From positions 1,248,001-1,312,000 of the forward strand of contig CAXXMB010000002.1 of NCBI GenBank assembly GCA_963668675.2: DNA of 64,000 nt, in the 5' to 3' direction. Below, piece by piece: positions 1 through 10,674 of this stretch. A program made the position numbers and the translations under genes. Within the stretch, counting starts at the first letter, position 1, and each line of letters starts with the position of its first letter. Below the pieces are notes generated by a model. The model ran no database searches, was not told where the DNA came from, and saw nothing but the letters and a program-made list of their open reading frames with translations. Source of the stretch: an uncultured Desulfatitalea sp. (GTDB lineage: Bacteria; Desulfobacterota; Desulfobacteria; Desulfobacterales; Desulfosarcinaceae).

Positions 1-74
1 TGCCAGGAGAACAAGAACGAACCACAGACCTGCGCGGCGAGCCGCTGCCGGGAATGGAGGACGCCGATGAGTAA
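1..74 (+). CDS. dsrK: 3' end (partial) of DsrK, catalytic subunit of DsrMKJOP
   Basis: Frame from base 3 reads PGEQERTTDLRGEPLPGMEDADE* (TAA 72-74) and overlaps the dsrJ start; directly upstream of dsrJOP. Confidence 0.75.
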   Translation, partial: PGEQERTTDLRGEPLPGMEDADE

Positions 75-468
75 AAAATGGATTGTAATAGGCTTGATTA
101 TCTTCCTGGGCCTGTTCTCTACCCCGTTTTGGTACAACTTGCTGGTCAAAATGGGAACAGCCGCCCCGATGCCGGAGGTGGTTTTGACGGAGAAGGCCAA
201 GGCGGCCAAAAAATGCGTCAGAGACACCGACTATATGAAAACCGAACACATGCAACTGCTCGACCTGTGGCGGCTCAAGGTGGTACGCGGCGCTGTGCGC
301 GAATACGTCAACCCCGAAGGAAAGACCTTCGACATGAGCCTATCCAACACTTGTCTGGACTGCCACTCGAACAAGGCCGAGTTTTGTGACCGCTGTCACA
401 ATTACGCTTCCGTGCGACCCTACTGCTGGGATTGCCATATCGATAACCCCCAAGGAGAAATGAAATGA
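67..468 (+). CDS. dsrJ: DsrJ triheme periplasmic cytochrome c
   Basis: N-terminal membrane anchor, three CxxCH (CLDCH, CDRCH, CWDCH), HMQLL motif; precedes dsrO and dsrP. Confidence 0.95.
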   Translation: MSKKWIVIGLIIFLGLFSTPFWYNLLVKMGTAAPMPEVVLTEKAKAAKKCVRDTDYMKTEHMQLLDLWRLKVVRGAVREYVNPEGKTFDMSLSNTCLDCHSNKAEFCDRCHNYASVRPYCWDCHIDNPQGEMK

Positions 469-1253
469 AAAGCAGCCGCAGAAGCTTCATGAAAATGGCG
501 GGCATCACTGCTTTGGGGCTTGGCGCTCAGCCGGCGATCAAGGCCATCGCACCCGCTGCAGAAGGACACGGGCCGCAAGAACAGTTCAACAAAGGCCCCA
601 AGGCAATGACCGCCCAGCAATGGGCCATGGTGATCGACACCCGGCGCTTCCACAGCACCGAAGATCTGGAACCGATCATCGAGGCGTGCCACAAAATTCA
701 CAATGTGCCCCATTTCACCGACAAACGCCACGAAATCAAATGGATCTGGGAAACCCATTTTCACAATGCCTTTCCCAACAATCCCAACCCGTATATGAGT
801 GAAGAGGCCGAACACCGCCCCTACCTGGTATTGTGCAACCACTGCGAAAACCCGCCGTGCGTCAGAGCCTGCCCGACCAAGGCCACCTTCAAGCGCGAAA
901 GCGACGGAATCGTGGTCATGGACATGCACCGCTGCATCGGCTGCCGCTTCTGCATGGCCGCCTGCCCGTACGGATCGCGAAGCTTCAACTTTCGTGATCC
1001 CAAGCCGTTTATCAAAGAGATCAACCTGGAGTACCCCCGCCGCATGAAAGGTGTGGTGGAGAAGTGTAACTTCTGCGCAGAGCGGCTCGCCGTGGGTGAA
1101 CAACCGGCCTGTGTGGAAGCGTCCAACGGGGCCATCGTATTCGGAGATCTGAAAGATCCGGATTCGGAGGTGAGGCATGTGCTGCGTGAGAATTTCACCA
1201 TACGACGCAAACAGAACTTAGGCACCGAACCGTGCGTCTACTATATCGTGTGA
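465..1253 (+). CDS. dsrO: DsrO periplasmic 4Fe-4S ferredoxin-like subunit
   Basis: Tat signal SRRSFMK; CNHCENPPC, CIGCRFCMAACPY, CNFC motifs. Confidence 0.95.
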   Translation: MKSSRRSFMKMAGITALGLGAQPAIKAIAPAAEGHGPQEQFNKGPKAMTAQQWAMVIDTRRFHSTEDLEPIIEACHKIHNVPHFTDKRHEIKWIWETHFHNAFPNNPNPYMSEEAEHRPYLVLCNHCENPPCVRACPTKATFKRESDGIVVMDMHRCIGCRFCMAACPYGSRSFNFRDPKPFIKEINLEYPRRMKGVVEKCNFCAERLAVGEQPACVEASNGAIVFGDLKDPDSEVRHVLRENFTIRRKQNLGTEPCVYYIV

Positions 1254-1260
1254 GGTGGGT

Positions 1261-2421
1261 ATGCTTGAATTAGCGATTAAAGGAAGTAAAGCGTATTGGA
1301 CATGGATTGTGGCCCTGCTGGGTGTCATTGGCGCCGGTTTTGTTTTCTACCTGTGGCAACTCCAGTTTGGTTTGGGCATCACCGGCATGAGCCGGGATGT
1401 CTCCTGGGGCTTTTACATTGCAAACTTCACCTATCTGGTCGGTGTGGCCGCCGGAGGTGTGATGGTTGTGCTACCGTACTACCTGCACGACTACAAGGCT
1501 TACGGCCGCGTCACGATCCTCGGCGAGTTCCTGGCCATTGCAGCACTGGTCATGTGCCTGCTGCTCATTCTGGTCGACCTTGGTCAGCCGATGCGTGGTG
1601 TCAACGTCTTTTTGTACCCCACGCTCAACAGCGTCCTGTTTTACGATTCATTGGTGCTCAACGGCTATCTGTTGATCAACCTGATCGTCGGATGGAACGT
1701 CCTGGAAGCCGAACGCAACGGGGTCCACTACCAGAAGTGGCTCAAACCGATCATCTACCTCTCGATCCCTTTTGCCGTCAGCATCCATACGGTCACGGCC
1801 TATCTTTACTGCGGTCTGCCCGGCCGAGGCTTCTGGTTGACCGCAATTTTGGCCCCCCGTTTCCTGAGTTCGGCCTTTGCCGCCGGTCCGGCCCTCCTGG
1901 TGCTGCTCTGTCTCTTCATCCGCAACACCACCAAGTTCGACCCGGGCAAGGCCCAGATCCAAAGCCTGGGCAAAACCGTGGCCTATGCCATCTGCATCAA
2001 TGTGTTCTTCTTCCTCTGTGAGGTGTTCGTCGCCTTCTACAGCAACATCCCCGAACACATGGATCACATCAAATACCTGTTCGTCGGCCTGCACGGCCAC
2101 AGCGCAATGGTCCCCTGGATGTGGTCTTCGATGGCCCTGATGGTGATCGGCATCATCCTCACCGTCAACCCGGTCACCCGCAAGAACGAAACCACCCTCG
2201 CCGTGGCTTGCGTGGCGATTATTGCAGGCACTTGGATCGACAAAGCCCTCGGCATGATCGCCGGCGGTTTCGTCCCCAACCCGCTGCACGAGGTCAACGA
2301 ATATGCGCCTACATTCCCGGAAATCGTCATCACCCTGGGGGTTTATGCCATCGGCGCACTCGTTCTGACAGTGCTCTATAAGATGGCCGTAGGGGTCAAA
2401 CAAGAGGTGGAGCAGGTATAA
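1261..2421 (+). CDS. dsrP: DsrP NrfD/PsrC-family membrane subunit
   Basis: Polytopic; SRDVSWGFYIANFTYLVGVAAG and DLGQP motifs; ATG 1261 after GAGG. Confidence 0.95.
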   Translation: MLELAIKGSKAYWTWIVALLGVIGAGFVFYLWQLQFGLGITGMSRDVSWGFYIANFTYLVGVAAGGVMVVLPYYLHDYKAYGRVTILGEFLAIAALVMCLLLILVDLGQPMRGVNVFLYPTLNSVLFYDSLVLNGYLLINLIVGWNVLEAERNGVHYQKWLKPIIYLSIPFAVSIHTVTAYLYCGLPGRGFWLTAILAPRFLSSAFAAGPALLVLLCLFIRNTTKFDPGKAQIQSLGKTVAYAICINVFFFLCEVFVAFYSNIPEHMDHIKYLFVGLHGHSAMVPWMWSSMALMVIGIILTVNPVTRKNETTLAVACVAIIAGTWIDKALGMIAGGFVPNPLHEVNEYAPTFPEIVITLGVYAIGALVLTVLYKMAVGVKQEVEQV

Positions 2422-2460
2422 CGCAAGCTCCAGCTCCAACTTTTTGTGCACGTAACAATC

Positions 2461-2494
2461 AAGGCCTGCCGGGTATCCGGCGGGCCTTTGTTTG
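2461..2494 (+). terminator. Intrinsic terminator after dsrP
   Basis: AAGGCCTGCCGG-GTAT-CCGGCGGGCCTT followed by TGTTTG. Confidence 0.7.
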
Positions 2495-2680
2495 TGTGCC
2501 CGCTGGGAAATGCCGTTGAAACGCCCCTCCGATATGGAACCTTGTTTTCTCTCCGGCCGCCATGCTAATTGAAATTCAATATCCTGATGCAAAAAACCGT
2601 TCAATACGCTCGGTGTAGGCTTTTTCATCAACCCAAGCAGAGATAACATGCAGCTCGCAATCCAAGAGTAGGAGCCGAAC

Positions 2681-3064
2681 GTGTATAAATTATTAATGGT
2701 TGGTACCGGTGGTTTTTTTGGGGCCCTATTGCGTTATGGGATCAGCGGATGGGTTCAGAATATGACCCGTAGCATCGCTTTTCCTTTCGGCACCCTGGCC
2801 GTCAATATCATCGGGTGCTACTTCATCGGTCTGCTCACCCAACTGGTCGAATCCCAATCCGGCATCAACACCGAAATGCGTCTGCTGCTCATGGTGGGCC
2901 TGATGGGCGCATTTACCACCTACTCCACCTTCGGCAACGAAACCTTCAGCCTCATCCAGGACCAACGCTATGTTCTGGCCCTGCTCAATATGGGCCTGCA
3001 TCTCTTGTTGGGTCTGTCGGCCGTATTCATCGGCCGCTTCACCATCATCACCCTGTGGAGGTAA
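2681..3064 (+). CDS. crcB: Fluoride channel CrcB/FluC
   Basis: GGFFGALLRY, FPFGTLAVN and GLMGAFTTYSTF motifs; GTG start after AGGAG. Confidence 0.95.
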   Translation: MYKLLMVGTGGFFGALLRYGISGWVQNMTRSIAFPFGTLAVNIIGCYFIGLLTQLVESQSGINTEMRLLLMVGLMGAFTTYSTFGNETFSLIQDQRYVLALLNMGLHLLLGLSAVFIGRFTIITLWR

Positions 3065-3069
3065 ACGCC

Positions 3070-3432
3070 ATGAAACTGCCCCGGGAAGTAAAAATTCTGA
3101 GGATATTTATCGGAGAAAGCGACAAGCATGACGGCAAGCTGCTCTACGAATGGCTCGTTCTCAAAGCCAAAAAACAGGGATTGGCCGGCGCTACCGTAAT
3201 GCGGGGACTAATGGGATTCGGCGCCACCAGCCGGATCCACACCTCCAAAATTCTGCGCCTCTCAATGGATCTGCCCATCGTGGTGGAGATTGTCGACGCT
3301 CCGGAGAAAATAGAAGCATTTCTCACTCTTATTGAAAGCGTCGTCACCGAAGGGTTGATCACACTGGAGAGCGCCAAGGTGCATCTCTATAAGGGGAAAA
3401 AACAGCCGCAGGAAGATCCCGGCTTTTCCTGA
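3070..3432 (+). CDS. DUF190 (PII-like) protein
   Basis: LRIFIGESDK...GLAGATVMRG..GFG...LS.DLPIVVEIVD; usual crcB partner; ATG 3070 inside ORF 2815..3432. Confidence 0.9.
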   Translation: MKLPREVKILRIFIGESDKHDGKLLYEWLVLKAKKQGLAGATVMRGLMGFGATSRIHTSKILRLSMDLPIVVEIVDAPEKIEAFLTLIESVVTEGLITLESAKVHLYKGKKQPQEDPGFS

Positions 3433-3461
3433 GCAGTATGAAACTCATCCCGCGCCCAAAT

Positions 3462-3487
3462 AAAAAGGGCGTGGTAAAACCACGCCC
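3462..3487 (-). terminator. Intrinsic terminator of the surface-protein gene, possibly bidirectional
   Basis: GGGCGTGG-N5-CCACGCCC followed by TTTTT on the minus strand. Confidence 0.75.
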
Positions 3488-3515
3488 CTGCATGTAGAAA
3501 TCATGGACGGTCGGA

Positions 3516-6500
3516 TTAAAACAGGATGCTGCTGATAAAGCAGCCTCCACCACCTCCACCGCCACCTCCACCGCTGGCGGAGCCACCGCCTGACGGCTGC
3601 GTTTCGCAGGCATCTCCGACGCCATTGCCGTCCGAATCCTCCTGCCCGGCATTGGCTGTATCCGGGCAGTTGTCTATGTCGCCGCATATTCCATCGCCAT
3701 CGATGTCATTGTCGGCATCGTCGACACAGGTATCACAGGCATCTCCAGAACCATCACCGTCGCTATCGGTCTGTGACGGGTTTGCATCGGTCGGGCAGTT
3801 GTCCGTATTGCCGCAAACCCCATCTCCGTCAACATCGTTATCCCCATCCTGGGGGCAGCTGTCGCAGGCATCGCCCACGCCATCGGCATCCAGATCTTCC
3901 TGACCGGCATTGGAGGTGACGGGGCAGTTGTCGACGCCATCCAGAACGCCGTCACCGTCACTGTCCACGGCCACTACAATGCGTGCCGGTGCGCCGGGGT
4001 CGAGGATCTCACCATTGACCTCTCCCTGGCCGTCGCCGTTGGTATCGTCGCTGTCTCCTACACCGCCATCGAGCAGGTGCAGGGTGATCACGTTGGCGGC
4101 AGTGGTCACATGGCCCGGATAGGCCACGCCGTTGACCACCACGCCCCCCACTGCGCCCAGATCATAGTAGTGATAGCCCGGCTCGCCCGGTGTCGGCCCG
4201 TACTTGATATAGGTGTCGATGTCGTCCGCCGGGGTGCCGTCTTCGTTCATCACCGTCATGGTGATGTTGGCGCCGTCATCCGCGGGCCCCAGCACTACCC
4301 GGAAACGATAGAAACCAAAGGGGTATTCGAATCCGGCCAGCGGCGCGTCGGTGGGCGAATGCTGGGTACGCACATCGCGCAGCTCCGCACCATCCTGGGC
4401 TTCCATGACGATATAGTGATCGCGCTCCAGGCTGTGCAGTGTCGCCACATGGGCCTGCTGGGCATCATCGATACCGTCATCGTTGGCATCGCCGCTCTCC
4501 TCGATGTCCAGCACATAGTCGCCGTCGCTGTCCGCGCTGCTGCGGCCGGTGAAATGGATGGCGTACGCCGCCTCGTCCGGGTCATTGGACGTATAGGTCA
4601 AGGTTTCCTCGAAGGTGGCGGCGACGGTCGGGTGAAACGTGGCTGTCAGTGTGCAGGAGGAGAAAGGCGCCAGCACATTGCCCACCGAAGAACAGGGGAT
4701 GGCGCCGCCGCTCGTGTCGATGGAGAAGTTGGTGGTGTCCGAGAGCGCGTAGCCCAGGATCTCCAGCTCTTCGCCGCCGGTATTGGTGACGATAAGCGGT
4801 AGCGACCGACTGCTGCCGATAGGGACATCGTGGAAGGCGATGTCGTGGGACCAGATATCGGCCGTTAAATCCTCCACACCCGGGCCGATCAGATGGATAT
4901 GCTGGGGGCTCTCATCCAGGTCATTTGAAAACACAACCACCAACGCCTCCTGGTTGGCCGGATAGGTGGGCGTGAATTCCACCGCCACGCTGCAATTGGC
5001 CCTGGGTGCCAGGCTAAAGTCGCCGTCGGCCGGATCGGGGCAGGCAAACGCGCCGTCGTAGTGAAGGGTGAAATCTTCTCCGGTATCCGCATCGATCCCG
5101 GTCTTGGTGATGCCGGTAATGATCAAGTCCGAGTAGCCGTCGTTCTGGATGGTGAAGTACTGCGTGGTCGAGGTGCCGATCTGCGTCAGAGGGAACTCCA
5201 TCAACGGCTCATCAGGGTCCGGGTCGTCGGTGAGGATGGTGATGTCCGGGCCGCTGTATCCCTGGAGGTCGATCATCAGCTCGGGCTCGTCGGGATCGTT
5301 GGTGGTTCGCACCACCACCTCGGCCCTGCGGATCACATTGTCAACGGAAGGCGTGAAGATCACATTGACCGTGCACACTTCGCCGGAGACCACATCGAAC
5401 GGTGGCGGGCCGCATGGGGCGGTGCCAGATTCAAAGTCGAGAGCGTAGTCCTCCTCGTCGGCGCCCTGGAGGAAGACGGCACCGATATTCAGCGGATTTG
5501 TGCCCAGGTTGTCGAAGTTGACGCTCAATGGCGCTGCCGGTAAATTGAGGCGCTGGTTGCCAAAGTCGTGTGACCGGGGCTGCAGCTCAATGTCCGGGGA
5601 ACCCGAGCGGTAAAGTGGATTCAGGCGCGCCACCCAGACGTCCGTGCCGCCTCCGTTGGTGGGCTGGGCCGCACTGTTTCCCACCGTGTTCAGTACCCCG
5701 GGAAAGTCGCTCGAGGAGGTGTTGCCGGCAGCAAAAAGCCATACCGCACCGGAGTGGGGATCGTTGGCAATGTCCAGCGTGTGCATGTGAGATTCATCGG
5801 CGCCGGAACCGCCCAGGTAGGTGGCGTCATAGAGGTCGCCCAGATCCGATGTGAGACGGGCCACGAAGACATCGTAAAATCCCTGTGGCTTGCTATAGCC
5901 TGTTTCGGCACCGGGAAAATCGTCGGATTGGGTCGTGCCGATCACATAGACATCAAATGCGGGTGAATGGTTGTTGGAGAGCAGAATGTCGCCTATGCGC
6001 TCGAAACCGCTGCCGCCCAGATGAGTGGCATATTCCAATGTCAGATCCTAAGTCAGACAGGCGATAAAGGCATCCTGATCGCCGGCCAGATTGGGCTGAA
6101 ACCGATCGTCGGTACCGGGAAAATCGTCCAGATAGTAGGGTGGCGGGCTTGGATTGGTGCGCGGGGAGATGCCCCCGGCCACATAGACCTGGTGCGTCGA
6201 GTGGTTCAGGGCGATGGCCATGCCGAAGTCGATACCGCTGCCCCCCACGTATGCGGCATCGATCACCTCCCCCAGGTCATCGCTCATGCGCACCACATAG
6301 GTGTCGATCGACCCCCCGAAATCGTCGGGGTCGAGCCAGGGGAAACAGCCTACCCAGATGCCTTCTCTGCCGTCGTATGCGGTTTGGCCCACCACATACA
6401 CTTCGTGGGTGAAATCATGGACTTCGATGCCGTGGGCATGGTCCGTACTGCTGCCCCCCAGAAAGCTGGATTGGCGGCGCGTCAGGGTGTCGATATCCAA

Positions 6501-7841
6501 CCGGGTGACAAACCCGTCACTCAATGAGCGATTTGAACCATGCGTGGTTTGGGCGGCACTATCGGAGACAGGAAAATCCCCAGACATGGTACGCCCGACC
6601 ACATAGAGGGTATCCGGCGTCGTATCGGGTTCTTCGCGCAGATCGATGTCAAGGCTGATGGCGATATCATATTCCGAACCGCCCAGATAGCGGGAGGCCA
6701 GGATAGTGGAAAGATCGGGGTTCAAGACGATCACAAAGCCGTCGGTCTCTCCTCCACGGGAGCCGGAGTAAGCCCCCGGGAAATCGATGGAGTCGGTAGA
6801 TCCGACCACATATACATTGTCCGTCTCCGGGTGGATGGTCAAGTCCCAGCCCATATCCTCCCCCCGGCCGCCGATATAGGTGGTCTCCAGCACCGTGAGA
6901 TCCTGGTCCAGACGGGCCACAAAAGCATCCTGGCCGCCCCAGCCCGGAGTAGACTGTGCAGCCCCGCTGAGCCCCGGGAAGTCATTCCTGGATTGGGTGC
7001 CGCCGGTTATATAGAGATAGAGTTGGGAACCCGTGCCGTCGGTGATAACATTGGTTTTCAACCCATAGCCATACTCCAAGCCGCTGCCGCCCAGATAGGT
7101 GGCGAACAACGGATCGATGACCAGGGGATGGCTGGCATCGTACGCTCCCAACTCAAAAGAGTAGGTATCACCGTCAACCTGGTAAGCCGCCTGAACCATT
7201 ATCTTGCGGCCGTCGATCTCCTGGAACGCCACCGGTCTGGTCAGCTGCACAGACCCTGCGCTGGTCTCGATGGCCAATCGACCATCGGGCTGCACGGCAA
7301 GGCCGGCAGCGCCTCTGACCCGGACCCGGATAGCCGCCGGGTCGGCACCGGCTTCGATGCGGAAAAGTTTCTCAATATTGTTGCCGTATGCCTTGAGGGT
7401 CACGCGAATGCCCTCGTACGCCTCCCCCAAGGAGACGCTCTCGTATGCGGGGATGCCCCTTCGCCAATTTTTCGGATCGTTGCCGATGAACAGATTGACC
7501 TTGCTGCTCGAAGGGGTGAGCCCCTGGGGAGCTATCGCCCCTGCACCCACCAATAGTTCCGAGATACTGACCACAGGTTTGCCTGGATCCTTAGGATCAG
7601 AAAGCCGGTAGGCCAACGCCCCCTTTGCGGTAATATAGACGTTGCCGACCAGCGTATCGGCCCGGAAAGCCAGATTGTCCGGCAACTGCCCCATATTGGC
7701 GACAAAGGGCATCCGCATCGCATCCATTTGGGTTTGTCGAGCCGATATTCCCACTGATTTTGGTGACACCGCAGCATGCGCAGTAAAGGCCATGGCCGCT
7801 GCGAATCCGATAACCAATATGAAAAAAAACCGCCGTTTCAT
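3516..7841 (-). CDS. Large secreted/surface protein (SBBP beta-propeller repeats, choice-of-anchor D/ASH Ig domains, choice-of-anchor U, thrombospondin type-3 repeats, Gly-rich CFI-box tail), interrupted by an in-frame TAG at 6048-6050 (pseudogene or read-through)
   Basis: ORFs 6048..8015 and 3516..6038 are in the same frame; signal peptide MKRRFFF from ATG 7841 with RBS; YLGGSG/DAFV repeats continue across the stop; DNCP...NxxQxDxDxDGxGDAC repeats; ends GGGGGGGGGCFISSILF. Confidence 0.85.
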
Positions 7842-8263
7842 CCTTTTATCCTCTCGTTCAGTTGACAATTGTCTATATTCCCAAACAGATCGGGTATTCA
7901 CCGGCTGGAACTGGTGGTGGGGACTTTTTCTGAATTGACGCAGCATGCAGTAATTTCTTGCACGACGCCACGAGGAGATGATCATCCGGAGCGATGAGGA
8001 TAGGCCCGGAGACACTGAGAGGTGAGTCCTCGGCGCCCAATACTTCTTCGCCTTGCGCCTTCTACATTGCTACGACAGGGCAGGTGCGCTCTGAAAAATC
8101 AGACTTGCATCTTCAACAGAACACTGACGCCAAACTTGTCCCAACAGGTAAAAGTGACTTGCTTAATGCATAGGCACCTGTGATAAATTGGTGCTGGGTA
8201 TGCGCTGGGACCGGGTCGGCGTCTCAGTGTTGGCTACTAAACATGCAACGAGGAGGAAGTTAC

Positions 8264-9280
8264 ATGAAGATTTCAAAAGTGATTGTCATTTCAGCCATAT
8301 TGATTGCATTCTCCATCGCCGTTGCCGTGGCGGGCACCCTGCAGGATGTGAAGGCCAAAGGGTACATCTCGGTGGGCGTCAATGAGGGGCTTTTCGGTTT
8401 TTCCAAGCCGGACGAAAAAGGTGTTTGGCGGGGCCTGGACGTGGATACGGCCCGCGCAGTATCGGTTGCCGTGTTCGGAGCTCCGGATAAAATCAAATGG
8501 GTGCCGCTGACCGCCAAGACCCGATTTACCGCACTGCAATCCGGTGAAATCGATCTGCTCACCCGTAACGCCACGCGGACCCTCACCCGCGAGACAGCAC
8601 TTGGGCTTAACTTCGTGCATACCAACTACTATGACGGCCAGGGCTTTCTGATTCCCAAAAAGCTCGGCGTCAAAAGCGCCAAGGAACTTGACGGCGCCAC
8701 CGTATGCGTACTTCCCGGGACCACCACCGAGCTCAACGCCGCGGATTACTTCCGGGCCAACAACATGAAGATGAAACCGGTCGTGATCGAGAGTACGCCT
8801 GAATTGGCCAAAGCCTACTTTGCCGGACGCTGTGACTGCCTCACATCGGATGCATCCCAGTTGGCCGGTACCCGCGCTGTCGCTCCCAATCCCGACGATC
8901 ACATGATTCTGCCCGAAATCATCTCCCGTGAACCCCTGGGGCCGGCTGTCCGCCACGGGGATGACCAGTGGTACGATATCGTCGATTTTGCCACCATGGC
9001 CATGATCGAAGCGGAATTTCTGGGCATCAGTTCCAAGAATGTGGATCAAATGCTCAAGAGCCAGGACCCCAAGATCCAGAGATTCCTGGGTGTCAGCGAG
9101 GGCAACGGCAACGCCCTGGGATTGGATGAGAAATGGGCTTACAACATCGTTAAGATGGTGGGCAACTACGCAGAGGTCTTCGAGCGCAATGTGGGCAAAA
9201 ACACCCCGCTGAAGCTCGAGCGCGGTCTGAATGCGCTGTGGACCGACGGCGGATTGATGTATACACCGCCGTTTAAATAA
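8264..9280 (+). CDS. aapJ: General L-amino acid ABC transporter substrate-binding protein
   Basis: RFTALQSGEIDLLTRN, YYDGQGF, ISREPLGPAVR; ATG 8264 after AGGAGG. Confidence 0.9.
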   Translation: MKISKVIVISAILIAFSIAVAVAGTLQDVKAKGYISVGVNEGLFGFSKPDEKGVWRGLDVDTARAVSVAVFGAPDKIKWVPLTAKTRFTALQSGEIDLLTRNATRTLTRETALGLNFVHTNYYDGQGFLIPKKLGVKSAKELDGATVCVLPGTTTELNAADYFRANNMKMKPVVIESTPELAKAYFAGRCDCLTSDASQLAGTRAVAPNPDDHMILPEIISREPLGPAVRHGDDQWYDIVDFATMAMIEAEFLGISSKNVDQMLKSQDPKIQRFLGVSEGNGNALGLDEKWAYNIVKMVGNYAEVFERNVGKNTPLKLERGLNALWTDGGLMYTPPFK

Positions 9281-9297
9281 GAGACGTCACGTTAGCC

Positions 9298-9337
9298 ATC
9301 GATCCGGCCCCGCATCCCCTGCCAAGGGCCGGATCGA
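9298..9337 (+). other. Intercistronic hairpin after aapJ (mRNA stabiliser or partial terminator)
   Basis: TCGATCCGGCCC...GGGCCGGATCGA inverted repeat. Confidence 0.55.
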
Positions 9338-9392
9338 AAAGCGCACTCTGGCTTAAGCTGAATCAGCCCCGCTGGTTGGTTGAAAAGGAACG

Positions 9393-10565
9393 TTGACGAT
9401 CGATACTTCACATAAAGTCTCCTTCTGGTATGATGCGGGCAAGCGGTCATTGCTTTACCAGGTAGTGACCCTTTGCCTGTTTGCACTTCTGAGCTACTAT
9501 CTGGTTTCCAACACGCTGGCGAACCTGGAGCGCCAGTCCATCGCCACCGGTTTCGGATTTATCGATAAGGAAGCATCGTTTGAAATCGGCGAGAAGCTGA
9601 TACCCTACTCCGCCGCAGATACCTATGGCCGCGCCCTGGTGGTGGGGGCCTTGAACACCCTGCTGGTTTCCTCGATCGGCATTACCCTGACCGTTGTGTT
9701 CGGCACGCTGATCGGGGTGGCACGCCTGTCATCCAACTGGCTCATCTCGCGGATTGCGGCCATCTATATCGAGGTGTTTCAGGATATCCCCATTCTGTTA
9801 CAGCTCTTTTTCTGGTATGCCCTTTTCTACGAAATGCTCCCTTCGCCGCGTCAGGCGCTCAATCCCCTTGAGGGGGTATTCCTATGCAACCGAGGGTTGA
9901 TCTTTGCCGTACCTGCCGATCATCCGGCCTACGCCTATGCGGGTCTGGCTTTCGTGGTGGCGGTTATCATCTTTATTTTGCTTCGAAAGTGGGCCAAAAA
10001 GCGTCAAGAGCAGACCGGAAGCCATTTCCCTGTGTTCAAAGCCGGTGGGGGCATCCTGATTGGACTGCCGCTGCTCGCATGGCTGTTCGCAGGCGCGCCC
10101 ACGCAAATGAGCGTACCGGTTCTCCAGGGGTTCAACTTTCAGGGAGGGATGAGCGTCAGTCCTGAATTTACAGCACTTTTGCTGGGACTGGTGCTCTACA
10201 CAGCCGCCTTTGTGGCCGAGGTCGTGCGTGCCGGCATTCAATCCGTCAGCAAGGGGCAGACCGAAGCGGCCATGGCCATCGGTCTTCGGCCGGGGCAGGT
10301 CCTCAACCTGGTTATTTTGCCGCAGGCCCTCAGAGTGATCATCCCGCCGTTGACCAGTCAAATGCTCAATCTGACCAAAAACAGCTCCCTTGCTGTGGCC
10401 ATCGGCTATCCCGACTTCGTCTCTGTGGCCGGCACCACCATCAATCAGACGGGACAGGCGATTGAAGGGGTCATGCTGATCATGGCGGTTTACCTGATCA
10501 TCAGTTTGTCTACATCCGCTTTTATGAACTGGTACAATAAGAAGATGAAACTCGTGGAAAGGTAA
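9393..10565 (+). CDS. aapQ: Amino acid ABC transporter permease
   Basis: EAA motif (GQTEAAMAIGL), NLTKNSSLAVAIGYPD. Confidence 0.9.
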   Translation: MTIDTSHKVSFWYDAGKRSLLYQVVTLCLFALLSYYLVSNTLANLERQSIATGFGFIDKEASFEIGEKLIPYSAADTYGRALVVGALNTLLVSSIGITLTVVFGTLIGVARLSSNWLISRIAAIYIEVFQDIPILLQLFFWYALFYEMLPSPRQALNPLEGVFLCNRGLIFAVPADHPAYAYAGLAFVVAVIIFILLRKWAKKRQEQTGSHFPVFKAGGGILIGLPLLAWLFAGAPTQMSVPVLQGFNFQGGMSVSPEFTALLLGLVLYTAAFVAEVVRAGIQSVSKGQTEAAMAIGLRPGQVLNLVILPQALRVIIPPLTSQMLNLTKNSSLAVAIGYPDFVSVAGTTINQTGQAIEGVMLIMAVYLIISLSTSAFMNWYNKKMKLVER

Positions 10566-10674
10566 AGAAAGATATCAGCAGTTTAATACCGAATTGGGAG
10601 CAGACCCCTTTTCTGTGTTTCAAAGTGAAGGTATAGTGTCGATTCTACTTTTTTGGTTTTGGAACAGGTAAATA

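Noticed and set aside
2495..2680. Fluoride riboswitch upstream of crcB
   Set aside because: No GGnGATGG...CTGATG...CTAC pattern on the coding strand; only a loose TGATG...CCTAC on the opposite strand
7985..8100. Glycine or c-di-GMP riboswitch upstream of the surface-protein gene
   Set aside because: Only fragments (CGCCGA, CTCTCAG); the conserved cores are absent
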